From the NCBI RefSeq assembly GCF_009914755.1, contig NC_060937.1: a stretch of 64,000 nt of DNA. One strand, given 5' to 3'. The stretch's first letter is position 1. Each line of letters starts with the position of its first letter. Source of the DNA: the human T2T-CHM13v2.0 reference genome, Homo sapiens. Made by a program: the position numbers and the translations under genes. Under the pieces are notes generated by a model. The model saw nothing but the letters and a program-made list of their open reading frames with translations. It was not told the origin of the DNA and did no database searches. This document shows, piece by piece, positions 43,376 through 60,957 of this stretch.

Positions 43376-44580
43376 ATAAAAGCACAGACCCTACAGAAAA
43401 GACTGCCTGGGTTCAAATCCTGTGTCCATGACTCACTCTGAGCTTTAGCTTCCTCAGCTGTTAAAAAAGAAAAAAAAAAAGGACAATAATAGTCTTTACT
43501 TCAGAGGACTTTTGTAAGAATTAAGTGAGTTAAGATGGTTATAACATATAGTTCTCCCAAAACAGTGCTTCATAGAAGTTTTCATTATCATCCCCCTTTC
43601 CACTTTACAGAAAGAAACACGGACCTGGAGAGGTGAAAAGTGACTTGCTTAATGACTTGAAAACCATCTTCCAGGAACTGTGCTTAGCACTGGTGGCAAA
43701 AACTGGCTATTTACCAAAGCGTTTCCTTTTCCTCCTGGCATATGGCTAAACTACATTTCCCAGCTTCCCTTTCAGATAACTGGTCTGGACAATGAAATGT
43801 GGGCAAAAGTGAAAGATGCCTCTGTACTACTCCCAGGCCTTGTCCCCAAACCCCCCATGCAATCCCTCACCGCTTCTCACCCTCATTTGCCAGGTGGACA
43901 TCAATGCCTAGGGCAACAGAGAAAAGATTAGCCTGAGTCCCAGTATGACTTAACTGTTACTGTGTTACTCTTGAAATTTCGGCCACCATAAAGTCAGTAA
44001 GATTGTATTTTTATGGACTCATCACAACAATCATTATTCCTATTCAACAGCTGGGGAAACTGAAGTATAAAGAAGTCATGGTCAATTATTCAATGGTAGA
44101 TCCAGAACTTGAACCAGCACTGGCTTAACACAGAGCTCAGGATCTTAAGTGACTTCCAAGATCATAAGACCAGTAAGGGCACCAAGATTTCTAACTTAGA
44201 GTAGATACATTTTATATAGAATTTGGTTAAGTATTCCTTAAAATATCACTTTAATATGCCACAAGAATAACCACAGAATAGTGTTACTTTAAAGTAAAAA
44301 GATACAAATAGAAGCCCAAAATGTTAAGTGGGGTTTTACAATCAAGAAGACACACCAGAATAAGATATTTTTAAAATACCATGTACGTTAAAGAGATCAT
44401 ACTTCCTTACCCTAATAAATAGCCATGTAGTACAAGTTTTAACTTTTTAATTAAAAAAATTATTAAAAATATTAAATATACAACTTCTATTTGGTTTTAC
44501 CTGAGCCACTCCTTTATACTGACAGTTACATAATGTGATTTCAGTTATATATGTAGTTATTGGTAATTTTTCAAAAATAG

Positions 44581-45030
<450 letters not shown>

Positions 45031-45449
45031 TAATTTCATTTGTTTTCAAAGAACATATATGCCTATGTCTGTATTTTTTTTCTACGTACATACATGTCTT
45101 ATCTAAAAACCAAAAACATCTGGAAAAATATACAAAAAAAAGTTTCCAGTGATAACCTCTGGGGAGTAAAACTGAACTTGTGATGTATACCTTTTGTTAG
45201 AATTTGAATTTATGAAAAGCACATATACCTTTAGAATAAAAAATACTTTAAAATAAAGCTCTATCATTTACAGTAATGCAAAGCGATCCAACTCTCAAAT
45301 TCCCACATAATCATGTTATGTAGTGAAGCTTTCTAGGCTGGGGGAAAAAATGTAACCCCTTATAATGAATATATAAATATATATAATTTCATCAATTTCA
45401 TTCATTATGGGTATACATTTATACATCTATTTACAAGTAAGTCTGTTTA

Positions 45450-45798
<349 letters not shown>

Positions 45799-45959
45799 TC
45801 AGGAGATTTTGGTACGTTTTTCAAGCACACCCTTTTTTGTGAAACTGAGTTCTAACCTGAAGAATACCTGGGATTATATGGCGAAAACACACAATATATT
45901 AAAATTTTAAAACAGTTCTTATTTTAGGCTCAAATTTTATGTTTTGGGACTACTTAGAC

Positions 45960-46391
45960 TTTTTTTTTTTTTCCCTGAGATGAAGTTTTGCTCCTGTTGC
46001 TCAGGCTGGAGTGCGACGGCGTGATCTGGGTTACTGCAATCTCTGCCTCCCGGGTTCAAGCGATTCTCCTGCCTCAGGCTCCGAAGTAGCTGGGATTGCA
46101 GGCATGCACCACCATGCACAGCTAATTTTGTATTTTTAGTAGACACAGGGTTTCTCCGTGTTGGTCATACTGGTCTGAAACTCCCAACCTCAGGTTATCC
46201 GCCTACCTCGGACTCCCAAAGTGCTGGGATTATAGGCATGAGCCACCACGCCCGACCAACTTTTTGTATTTTTAGTAGAGACGGGGTTTCACTGTGTTAG
46301 CCAGGATAGTCTCGATCTCCTGGCCTCGTGATCTGCCCGCCTCAGCCTCCCAAAGTGCTGGGATTATAGGCATGAGCCACTGCGCCCGGCC
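45960..46391 (-). mobile_element. Alu plus an additional left arm
   Basis: Antisense dimer at 45960-46258, then a left monomer at 46259-46391. Confidence 0.9.
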
Positions 46392-46454
46392 AAGTGTCAC
46401 TCTTAATTTTTTAAAATTAAAAGAAATTAAATTTCTCAATTCTGGAGGCTGGAA

Positions 46455-46579
46455 GTCCCAGCTACTCGGGAGGCCGAGGTAGGAGAATCACTTGAACCTG
46501 GGAGGCCGAGGCTGCAGTGAGCCGAGATCGTGCAGCCTGGTGACAGAGTGAGACTGCATCTCAAAAAAAAAAAAAAAAT
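46455..46579 (+). mobile_element. Alu right-arm fragment
   Basis: gtcccagctactcgggagg...tcaaaaaaaa. Confidence 0.85.
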
Positions 46580-46684
46580 AGTGTCACTTATGTCACTCAG
46601 TTTGTGGTATTTTGTTATGGTAACTCTAGCAAACTAATAGGAGAGGCCTCTAGTTTACACTATTTAAATTTTGTAATTATTTAC

Positions 46685-46942
46685 TTTTTTTTTTAAACAC
46701 CTGGTGGAGTGCAGTGGCACAATCACAGCTTACTGCAGCCTCGAACTCTTGGCCTCAAGCAATCCTCCCAAGTAGCTGGGACTACAGGCATACACCACCA
46801 TACCTGGCTAATTTTTATTTTTTGTAGACATGGTGTTTCACTATGTTACTCAAGCTGGTCTTAAACTCTTAAACTAAAGTGATCCTCCAGCCTTGGACTC
46901 CCAAAGTGCTGGGATTATAGGTGTGAGCCACCATGCTCAGCC
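46685..46942 (-). mobile_element. Alu (AluJ-like)
   Basis: Antisense degenerate dimer. Confidence 0.9.
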
Positions 46943-47059
46943 TACATGAACTTGTTTTAAACTAGCAAGGGTTATGTGAATAGTGGAATTACAGATATTT
47001 TCTTCATTATGCTGGTCCATATTTAAATCCTCTCCCCCTCACAAAAAAGGTAAAAATAT

Positions 47060-47420
47060 ACAGCCATAAAAAAGAATGGAATCATGTCCTTCGCAGCAAC
47101 ATGGATGGAGCTGGAGGCTACATTCTTTTTCATCCTTTGTCCTAAAAGAAGTAACTCAGAACCAGAAAATCAAATACCACATGGTCTCATTTCTAAGTGG
47201 GAGCTAAACAATGAGTACATGTGAACATAAAGATGGAAGTAATAGACTAGAGATTCCAAAAGAGAAGGTAGAAGAGGAGGTACACAGGTTGAAAACTACC
47301 TATTGGGTACTAGGATCACTTTGGATGATGGCTGTGCTAGCAGGCCAAACCTCGGCATTACATAATCTAGCCATGTAACGAACCTGCATGTGTACCCCCG
47401 AATCTAAAATAAAATATTTT
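47060..47420 (+). mobile_element. L1 (L1PB/MA-like) 3' end
   Basis: cagccataaaaaagaatggaatcatgtcctt...gcaacatggatggagctggagg...tgtacccccgaatctaaaataaaa. Confidence 0.88.
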
Positions 47421-47709
47421 TTTAAAAAATGGTAAAGAAAAAAAGTATTAAATGACATAACTAAATATTCTAGACATCATTCTACCATATGTTGTCCAAG
47501 AAAAACCACATTTTACCTTACTGTTTGTCATTTGAAATAAAATATTATGTTAAGATATTTTAAATTTTTACCAGTTCCACAAAGGAACTGGGAAGTAGAA
47601 ACTGAAGAACACTTTGTTAAACAAGTCCTTGGGGATTAAAGAAGTAATAGCTACGAAGTATACAACAGTGTGACGAGTGAATCCTTCTCATATTGGGGTT
47701 AAAATGGTC

Positions 47710-47935
47710 ATTATAGCTACTGCGTACCACAAATCCAATCAAGTTAGGTATTTTGTACACATTGTCATTTAATTCTCATTACAACCCATCACAATAGATG
47801 TTAATTAGTATGTCCCCTATTTTTCGGATAAGGAAATTCAAGATCAAAGAGATTAAATGGCCAAGGTCATACAACTAAGAAGTGAAAGTGCTGAGACTCA
47901 AACCTAAGTTCATGTCTTAAATCCCATGCTGTTTG
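47710..47935 (-). mobile_element. MIR SINE
   Basis: tcatttaattctcattacaaccc...ggccaaggtcatacaactaagaagt. Confidence 0.7.
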
Positions 47936-48062
47936 ATATTAAGGACCACTTGTGTTTAACAAATATTAAACACCTGCTACACACACACACTGTGCCAAAT
48001 GTATAAGATAGAGCCATGACCCAAGAAACACAGTCACTATTCTCAAAAAACTTAGAATCTCT

Positions 48063-48366
48063 GCCAGGAACAGCGGCTCACGCCTGTAATCCCAGCACTT
48101 TGGGAGGCTGAGGCAGATGGATCACGAGGTCAGGAGTTCAAGACCAGCCTGGCTAAGATGGTGAAACCCCATCTCTACTAAAACTACAAAAATTAGCCAG
48201 GCATGGTGGCAGGCACCTGTAATCCCAGCTACTTGGGAGGCTGAGGCAGAGAATTGCTTGAACCAGGGAGGCGGAGGCTGCAGTGAGCCAAGATCGCACC
48301 ACTGCACTCCAGCCTGGGCGACAGAGTGAGATTGTCTCCAAAAAAAAAAAAAAAAAAAAAAAAAAA
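48063..48366 (+). mobile_element. Alu (AluS)
   Basis: Full dimer with long A tail. Confidence 0.95.
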
Positions 48367-48419
48367 GCCTTAGCATCTCGTCTTTAACATTCTTTTGCAT
48401 GTATATTTTTCCTAGGTTT

Positions 48420-49006
<587 letters not shown>

Positions 49007-49187
49007 TTCTTGTTTTTCCTGTCTTTGTAACTAGACTTTAAAGCTCCTCAAAAGAGCTGGAGTATAAATGAAAATACAAAGAGCTTTGAGTCTCAGATCT
49101 GGAAAAAGTCTAGCTTTATCATATACATACATAAATTTAAATGCTGGATTCCTCACCAGCAAAAGGGTCTTGGATTAAGTGATATAA

Positions 49188-49312
49188 AGTAGTCCTGTGC
49201 TTATCCATAGGAAATACATTTCAACCCCATACCCCACCCCTGCCTGGCTCCCATAAATGCCTGAAACCACGGATGCTACAAAGCCCTATATACACTATGT
49301 TTTATATTTTTC
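49188..49312 (+). mobile_element. MER2 (Tigger family) fragment
   Basis: aatgcctgaaaccacggatgctacaaagccctatatacactatgttt. Confidence 0.75.
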
Positions 49313-50142
49313 TTTGCCTCCAATGAATTCCCTCTCTTGGCAATGCCTTATAAGTTGCCATGCAAAAAATATAAATGTATCTCATTTATCTGTTCTCCCC
49401 TACCCCCCACAACGCTATCTACCTCTCATAGGACTAAGTATTGGAAAGGCCTTAGTGCAGCCACCACCTAACCATAGAAATGATCCAAAATCACATACTA
49501 CTACTTCTTTATTCTTCAGTAAAGTTCTCCAAACTAAAATGAAATATGTAGTTTGAAAATGTGTAGTAAAAATACAGCTTTTTAAATATATCCTCTGTGC
49601 TATTTCATAGCCACTTCACAGTGACCCTACTTCTCCATTTATAACTCACCCAGTTAGTTATTAGTAAACAACTCTTAATCAAAATTTAAAATGAAGGGCT
49701 ATGGAACTGTTCTCATATCCCGTTAAGTGTCTTAAAGGCACTGTGCTCAGCATTCCACATGCATTATCTTATTGAAAGCGCAGTGTTTAATGAACTTGCC
49801 TAAAGCCACATCAGAACCACCAGGAAGCACAATTTCATTGTATTTTGTGTGAATGCCCTCCCCAGCACAAGAACGGAGCTGTACAATGAAGTGGTCTGGG
49901 TCACACAGCTAATTAAGTAATGGAGTTAAGGCTCAAAAACTTCAGTGTCTGATGAGAAAGCTCACACTCAAAACCTCCAAAAAACACTGCTTCGCATCAC
50001 TGAAATTAAAGAATAAGAATACAATATAAATAGAATAAAATGAGAATTCCTTGTTATATAATAAGCCAGTTTATCAGCTTTCTTTGGTGAAGGAAGAAAG
50101 GGCAACATAGTGATATCTTGTCTCTACTAGAAATTTAAACTT

Positions 50143-50298
50143 TAGCCGGGTGTGGTGGTATGCACTTGTAGTCCCAGCTACTGTGGAGGCTGAGTAGAGG
50201 GAGGATCACTTGAGCCAGGGAGGCTGAGGCTGCAAGGAGCCATGATTGCATCACTGCACTCCAGCCTGGGTGACAGAGTGAGATCCTACCTCAAAAAA

Positions 50299-50333
<35 letters not shown>

Positions 50334-50335
50334 AT
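50143..50335 (+). mobile_element. FRAM/Alu right monomer with (TAAA)n tail
   Basis: Single monomer followed by (taaa)n. Confidence 0.88.
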
Positions 50336-50907
50336 ATAAGAATAAAAATTGCCTCTGGCAAAACTGCACATATAGAGGCACAGTGTGTTTTTTTCCACCA
50401 CCCCAATGCTACCTCTATAACTCACACATGATAGTTTTATAAAGATAACTACCTGGCATTCAGGTTAAAATCGCAACAGCACCCAGAATAGGAAAAACTA
50501 TAAATTATGCATTGGACTCTGCAATCACCAGCCCCTACTTGTAAATTTCAATGGAGATTCACTTTATTTCAAAATTAGAAAACTGATCTCAGAGTTTAAA
50601 ACCTCATTTACAGCTTCAAAATATTTAGAATCTAGAATTATATAACAAATACTTATTTTCTTAGCATGCAAAAATTATTTACAAATCATTTAAAAAGGAT
50701 GATCAACTTAACAGAAAAATGGGCAATGACAAATAGACTATTAGTTACCTAACCAATAGCCACTCCCCACTCACAACCTGTTCCTTACAGAGTTCACCTC
50801 CCACTATCATGGCTGAAAGGAACATCCTTGCTCTCTCACCCTCACTTGTACCTAGGACATGGATGGATACCAGTCACGGTTGATGGGATTTAAGAAAAAA
50901 ATCTGTT

Positions 50908-51192
50908 GGCCGAGCGCAGTGGCTCATGCCTGTAATCCCAACACTTTCGGAGGCTGAAGCAGGCAGATCACCTGCCTGTTCCAATACGGAGAAACCCTGT
51001 CTCTACTAAAAACACAAAATTAGCCGGGCATGGTGGTGCACACCTGTAATCCCAGCTACTCGGGAGGTTGAGGCAGGAGAATCGCTTGAACCTGGGAGGC
51101 AGAGGATGCGGTGCAGTGAGCCGAGATCGTGCCATTGCACTCCAGCCTGGGCAACAAGAAGCAAAACTCCGTCTCAAAAAAAGAAAAAAAAA
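50908..51192 (+). mobile_element. Alu with internal deletion
   Basis: Left arm lacks the gaggtcaggagttcgagacc block; flanked by aaaaaaatctg. Confidence 0.9.
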
Positions 51193-51299
51193 ATCTGCTA
51201 AGGGTTTCCAGGAAGGGTTTTTAATTCCAAATAAAATAGATGTGCATGAACAAATATACTTCATCTTTACTGGTCATTGAACCTGGTGTGAACTACGAA

Positions 51300-52095
51300 T
51301 CCTCTTTTTCTCACATGCCACATCCCTCAACAAATCTTTTGGGCTCTGCCTCAACATATGCAGAATTACTTCAACATTTCTCTGATGCCTATCATGCTTC
51401 AAATCATCTGTCACCCTGCTAATATTATCTTAACTAACATGCCTGCTTCTTCCTTGATCTCCTTCATTCTAGTCTCAACACAGCAGCCAGCATGAGAGTT
51501 GGAGAGTCTTGGTCAGATAAAGCCAGTCCTCCACTCAAAAGCCCCCAAAGGACTCTCATCTAATCCAGAGTAAAAGTCAAAAGATCTCACAATGGTCTAC
51601 AAGGCCCTGCACAATCTGACTCCCCACGCTACTTCTCTTATGATGTTTTCTCCATAACTCAGCTCCTGCCACACTGGCCCTTTCAGTTCTATGAACATGC
51701 TAAGCACATTCCTGCCTCGGGGCTTTTGCATTCACTGTTCCCTGCATCAGCAATACTCTTTCCCCAAATGTCTGCCTTTGCATTCTTATTTCCTTTAAGA
51801 TTCTATTCAAACATCAGCTCACTGAGGCCTTCTCTGAGGGCCCCACTTAAAATAATCCAACCCAGCCCTTCCCGTCCCTTCCATGGCTTTATTTTTTTCC
51901 ATAAAACTTAACGTCTTCTGACAACCTATAAATTCTACCTATTTGTTTGACTGTCTTCTCCCTTATCCCCACTAAAATATCAGCTCCGTGAAGGAAGGCA
52001 ATGAACTTTGTTTTGCTCACTGCTGTATTTCCTGTGCTTATAGAATATTGCCTAATACATTGTAGGTGCTAAATGATTATTTAAGTGAATTAATT
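51300..52095. mobile_element. L2 LINE 3' fragment
   Basis: ccagagtaaaagtcaaaa...caaggccctgcacaatctg...ttttgctcactgctgtatttcc...tgtaggtgctaaatgatt. Confidence 0.75.
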
Positions 52096-52464
52096 TAGCA
52101 ACTATCAACAACAAGCTGAGTATAAAACAGCAGGAAAATGAAAACCATCTAGGTACGTGACAATTTAATTGAGCCATTGAATTACACCTGGACTTCTAGT
52201 CATGTGAGGTAAATTTTATTTATAGTTTAAGCCATTTTTAATTAAAATTTTTGTTATTTGAAGCTGCAAAGTACCCAAAATAGGGTACTGGTAGCCAGTT
52301 TGCAAAAAAAAAGTGACAAATATAATCAATTTAACTCAATCATAAGGCATGCAAAGTAAAATAACCATGAAATAATGTCACTCAAGAAAAAATAAGTTTG
52401 GTACATGTATAATCCCACTTAATATGACTCACTACATTAGTAGCATTAAAAAAAATTTAAGGGT

Positions 52465-53067
<603 letters not shown>

Positions 53068-53100
53068 ATTAACTTTCAAGTATTAAAATAAAGTCATACA

Positions 53101-53815
<715 letters not shown>

Positions 53816-54453
53816 GTTACTGATTGGTAAATCAAGATTGACAGTCTATATAACATGAAGGAAAGTTCTGATATAAACTGCAGAGATAACTAGCAAAAAA
53901 TTAAAAGTGATTTTTTAAAAATCTATTGGAGAAGTAGATGTAAAGAAGCCAAATCCTCCTTTATGAGAGCAGAAATCAATCATAAATCATAAATCATAAC
54001 ATATGTATACTATATAGTCACAACAATACCACAGGAAGAAATAATTTGAAAGTTTCCTTTGGAAATTGGACCCCTATCTTTCACCATATACAAAAATCAA
54101 CTCAAGAAGGATTAAAGACTTAATCCAAAGACCTGAAACTACAAAAACCATTAGAAGAAAACCTAGGAAAAACTCTTCTGGACACTGATCTATACAATTC
54201 ATGACTAAGAATTCATGAATTGAAAGAATTCATGACTAAGACCTCAAAAGCACAAGCAAAAAAACAAAAACAAAAATAGACAAATGAGACTTAATTAAGC
54301 TAAAAAGCTTCTACATAGCAAAAGAAAGAATCAGCAGACTGAACAAATGGCCTACAGAATAGGAGAAAATAGTTTCAAACTATGTATCTGACAGGGTACT
54401 AACATCCAGAATTTACAAGGAACTCAAATAATCCCAACAAAAAGTAAGCAAAG

Positions 54454-54585
54454 GGCTGTTCTGAATACCTCACTACTGATAACTGGTAGTGAGTTATCCC
54501 AATTGATGGTTCACAGTCAGTTACCAATCAAACTCCTTGTTCTATACTCTTTACTCCCCTTTCACTACTGCACTTAACTGGTCTT
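54454..54585 (+). pseudogene. Y RNA (hY1/RNY1-like) retropseudogene
   Basis: GGCTG..GAA[19-nt insert]GGTAGTGAGTTATCCCAATTGATGGTTCACAGTCAGTTAC...TCACTACTGCACTTAACTGGTCTT with A-rich tail; TSD aaagt(a/t)agcaaag at 54441-54453 and 54622-54634. Confidence 0.92.
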
Positions 54586-54773
54586 AAGAAAAAATTTAAA
54601 TAAAAAATTTTTAAGAATTTTAAAGTTAGCAAAGGACATTAATAGACATTTCTCAAAAGAAGACAAACAGTCAACAGGTATGTGAAAAAAATGCTCATCA
54701 CTAATCATCGAGGAAATGCAAATAAAAACCACAATGACATATCATCTTATACCAATCAGAATGGCCACTATTA

Positions 54774-55229
<456 letters not shown>

Positions 55230-55395
55230 CTATTCAATCCAGCAATCCCACTATTGGGTATCCACCCAAAGGAAAATAAATCATTATATCAAAAAGATAA
55301 CTGCACTCGTACCTTTATCACAGCAACACTCACAATAGCAAAGATACGGAATCAATCTCCATACCCATCAACAGATGACTGGATAAAGAAAAATT

Positions 55396-55398
<3 letters not shown>

Positions 55399-55444
<46 letters not shown>
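55399..55444. repeat. (CA)n microsatellite
   Basis: Direct reading. Confidence 0.95.
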
Positions 55445-55446
<2 letters not shown>

Positions 55447-56002
55447 ATACTATTCAGCCATAAAGGAAGAATGAAATCATGCCTTTTGTAGCAACATGGA
55501 CCTGGAGGCCATGTTCTCAATTATAAGTTGAAGCAAAATAATGTGTACCTGTGGGCACAGTGTGGAATAACGACACTGGAGGCTGAGTAACAAGAAATTA
55601 CTGAATGGGTACACGTACATTATTTGGATGATGGATGCACTAAAAGCCCAAACTGCAGCACTATGCAATGTATTCATGTAACAAAACTGCACCTGTAGCC
55701 CTTAAATTGATACAAAAAAGTTGTTTGGAGAGTGGCACTAAGGAGTGAAACAGAATTCTTGATCTTTATTATAAGCATTCTGGGCTATTAGACTTTTTTC
55801 AACCACGTACATATATTACTATTTGAAGTTTTTAAGTGGACTTAAAATCTGAAAGAATACTGATCTTTTAATGAAAAACAAAACCGTAAGATACTCTGCC
55901 TAAACTCTCCCCCATAATGCAATGAATAAAACTTTAGTTTAACCTTCCTCTTCAGGATAAATAATTTCTGAGGCTTTAGAGCCACCTTAAAAGGTATCTG
56001 TA

Positions 56003-56304
<302 letters not shown>

Positions 56305-56468
56305 GATATTTGTAGACAACTAAATAAGTCAAGTTACATGATATATAGACTATCATCAAAATTACTGGACCGTCACTGCTTATCAAAGTAAAGTGTAACC
56401 AAAAATTTAATTCACAGTACTTCGACCAGACCAAAACATCCAATTCATCCATAGTTTCCTAATTTTAA

Positions 56469-56825
<357 letters not shown>

Positions 56826-56924
56826 TAACACCTGTTCTCTAGATTGATTTAGGTTTTACTGATCTTAGAGGTATATACAACCATCATTTCAAACTCACCA
56901 GACCTAATTTAGTTCAACTTCACT

Positions 56925-57207
56925 TTTTTTTTTTTTTTTTAATTTCTGCCCAGGCTGGAGTAGTGGCTCCATCTCTGCTCACTGCAACCTCCACCTTCTA
57001 GGGTCAAGTGATTCTCATGCCTCAGCCTCCCAGGTAGCTGGGATTATAGACATGCACCACCACACCTGGCTAATTTTTGTATTGTTAGTAGAGACGGGGT
57101 TTCGCCATGTTAGCCGGACTGGTCTCAAACTCCTGGTCCCATGTGATCTGTCCACCTTGGCCTCCCAAAGTGCTGGGATTACAGGCAGGAGCCACTAAAC
57201 GCTGCCT
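56925..57207 (-). mobile_element. Alu
   Basis: Antisense dimer. Confidence 0.92.
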
Positions 57208-57363
57208 AGTTCACTTTTCATTCCATTTTTTCCTTTGTACCTTTTAGAAGAAGCTTTTAAGTAATATAAAGATTATTATTGTTTAATCTGTCAGAAATTG
57301 ACAGGGAAAAGAACTTAAAGTTTAAATACACAATACAAAAAGATTAAAAAGTTATCACAAATT

Positions 57364-57662
57364 GGCAGGGTGTGGTGGCTCATGCCTGTAATCCCAGCAC
57401 TTTGGGAGTCCAAGGTGGGCAGTTCACCTGAGGTTGGGAGTTTGAGACCAGCCTGACCAACTTGGAGAAACCTAGTCTCTACTAAAAATAAAAAATTATC
57501 TAGGCATGGTGGCGCATGGCTGTAATTCCAGCTACTCGGGAGGCTGAGGGAGGAGAATCGCTTGAACCTGGGAGGCGGAAGTTGCAGTGAGCCAAGATCA
57601 CATGCGCCATTGCACTCCAACCTGGGCAACAAAAGCAAAACTCTGTCTCAAAAAAAAAAAAG
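57364..57662 (+). mobile_element. Alu with TSD
   Basis: TSD aaaaagttatcacaaatt. Confidence 0.95.
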
Positions 57663-57821
57663 TTATCACAAATTATTGCTCATAACAGTTTAGTTAAAAT
57701 AAAGAATGTATGTAAAACTACAAAGTAATAGCTTGATAGCAAGACAAAATAGTTTTAAAAAAAATTCTAGGAAAAATATGGCTGACTAAACTATGATGAA
57801 AGATTTGAGATATCAAAAATG

Positions 57822-58112
57822 GGCTGGGTGCAGCTGGCGTATGCCTATAATCCCAGCACTCTGACAGGCCAAGGTGGGTGGATCACTTGAGCCCAGGAGT
57901 TCAAGACCACTCTGGGCAACATGGCAAAACCCAGTCTCTACAAAAAATACAAAAATTAGCTGGACATGGTGGTGTGTGCCTGCAGTCCCAGCTACTTGGG
58001 AGGCTGAGGTAGGAGAATCATCTGATTCTGGGAAGTCGAGGGTGCAATGAGCCATGATCACAGCACTGCACTCCCACCTGGGAGACAGAGTGAGAATCTG
58101 TCTCAAAAAAAA
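57822..58112 (+). mobile_element. Alu (AluJ-like)
   Basis: Full dimer. Confidence 0.93.
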
Positions 58113-58168
58113 AGGCATCAAAAATGGCCAAAAGAAAATCTTAAACAAACCATGAGTTAACAGATTAA

Positions 58169-58467
<299 letters not shown>

Positions 58468-58512
58468 AAAAAAGGGTTTTTTTTTATTTTTTGGGTTTTT
58501 TTTTCTGTTGTT

Positions 58513-58590
58513 AGAGGTGGAGGTGGTAATGGTTTCTGTTTTGGAGGGAGAAGAGGTAGAGGTGGTAATGGTTTCTTCTTGGGAAGGAGA
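58513..58590. repeat. Two-copy 39-bp tandem duplication
   Basis: agaggt(g/a)gaggtggtaatggtttct...ggaga at 58513 and 58552. Confidence 0.85.
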
Positions 58591-59069
58591 AGATAGTTGA
58601 AGGGGACTGCTGTAGTATTATGGTTTACAGTGTTTACCATTTTGTTTAACAATATTCTACTCTAGAAACTGAAACATTTTAGATGTTAATAAAACATCTA
58701 AAATCATACTATGATTTACTTCTCCAAAATACAAATTACATCACAAGTAAGCCTCCATGCAATGACATTTTTATCTTTATGGAGTGTCATCAATATCAGT
58801 TAAATAAATCAGTGCAATTGTTCCTAAGGAGAAGTTTAGCTTCCACTTCACCACTAAAAGCCAAGTGCCTATGATGCAGATGAATGCATTGTACAATATA
58901 TTTCAATCAAGTCACAGACTCACTTCCCCACTATCCATGAAATATAACAAAGGGCTAAGAAACATTAAAAAAATGATGTATCAAACTTCCCACAAACCAA
59001 AAGACAGGAAGCTATTGAATAATCTGACACTTGGATTACATTTTTATTATCATTAAAATGTAGCAAAGG

Positions 59070-59357
59070 GGCCGGGTGTGGTGGCTCATGCCTGTAATCC
59101 TATCACTTTGGGAGGCCAAGACAGGCAGATCACTTGAGGTCAGGAGTTCGAAACCAGCCTGGCCAACATGATAAAACCCGTCTCTACTAAAAATACGAAA
59201 ACTTAACCAGGCATGGTGGCACATGCCTGTAATCCCAGCTACTTGGGAGGCTGAGGCCAGAGACTCACTTGAACCCGAGAGGCGAAGGCTGCAGTGAGCC
59301 AACATTGCACTCTAGCCTGGGCAACAGAGCGAGACTCTGTCTCAAAAAAAAAAAAAA
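59070..59357 (+). mobile_element. Alu
   Basis: Full dimer; flanked by gtagcaaagg. Confidence 0.95.
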
Positions 59358-59674
59358 GGTAGCAAAGGAAAAAAAAATAGGTCAGTGTTTAGAAAGGATA
59401 CAACTATATCACGTTTTTTACTTATTTTACATTTTGTATTGGTCTAGAAGTTGAAAATATGTGCCCAAAACAACTATACAACTTGAGCAATGATTTTAAA
59501 ACAAATATGACACTTTATATTAGAAGTAGAACATATTTATTCAGAAACATATACTATTAGTTACATTTAAAATTTATCGTTAGAATACACTGTTTCCAAA
59601 TCAACAGTCCTTACAAAACATGGAACATATACTTCAGTATTATTTAGCTTTACTTTTGTAATAGTGGTCAAGGT

Positions 59675-60042
<368 letters not shown>

Positions 60043-60101
60043 CTAGGCACTACTGCTTCAATATATTAAAAAAATTATTCTAGAAGATAGTTTATCGTAC
60101 T

Positions 60102-60451
60102 CAGGGTTCCCCCCACCTCTAGCTGCAGACCAATACCAGTCGGTAGCCTGTTGGGAACCAGGCCTCACAGCAGGTGAGCGGCAGGCAAGCCAGCATTAAC
60201 CTGAGCTCGGCCTCCTCTAGATCAGCAGCGGCATTAGATTCTCATAGAAGCACAAACCCTATTGTGAACTGCACAAGCAAGGGACCTAGGCTGTGTGTTT
60301 CTTATGAGACTCTAACTAGTCTAACTAATGCCTGATGATCTAAGGTGGAAGAGTTTCACCCAAAACCATCCCCTCCCTGCTCCCGGGGTCTGTGGAAAAA
60401 ACTGTCTTCCACAAAACTAGTCCCTGGTGCCAAAAAGTTTGGAGACCACTG
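60102..60451 (+). mobile_element. MER1B hAT DNA transposon
   Basis: agatcagcagcggcattagattctcatag...aatgcctgatgatct...gtccctggtgccaaaaagtttggagaccactg. Confidence 0.9.
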
Positions 60452-60639
60452 ACATAAACTGCAAGGTTTTGTTAAAAAAAAAAATGTAGCCAATGTCCCT
60501 TGAGGGTTAATATCAAATATCTTAGAATAGGTAACAGTCTAATATAAATTTAATTGTGAACATAATGAAGTTAATTCTACACTATCTGAAAAATAGTTTC
60601 ACTTAACATGTATCTAATTCATCAAACTGGGTGGGTTTC

Positions 60640-60957
60640 TTTTTTTTTTTTTTTTTTGAGACAGAGTCTCCCTCTGTTACCCAGGCTTAATGTTACCCAG
60701 GCTTAAGTGCAGTGGTGCCATCTCAACTCACTGCAGTCTTGACCTCCAAAGCTCAACCTGATCCTTCCACCTCAGCCTCCCGATTAGCTGGGATCACACA
60801 AGAATATGCCATCACACCTGGCTAATTTTTGTATTTTTTGTAGGGACAGGGTCTCACTATGTTGTCCAGGCTGGTCTTGAATTCCTTACCTCGAGTGATC
60901 CACCTGCCTCAGCCTCCCAAAGTGCTGGGATTAGAGGTGTGAGCCACCAAGACCCAC
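60640..60957 (-). mobile_element. Alu (AluJ-like) with internal 16-bp duplication
   Basis: tgttacccaggcttaa occurs twice in tandem. Confidence 0.92.
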
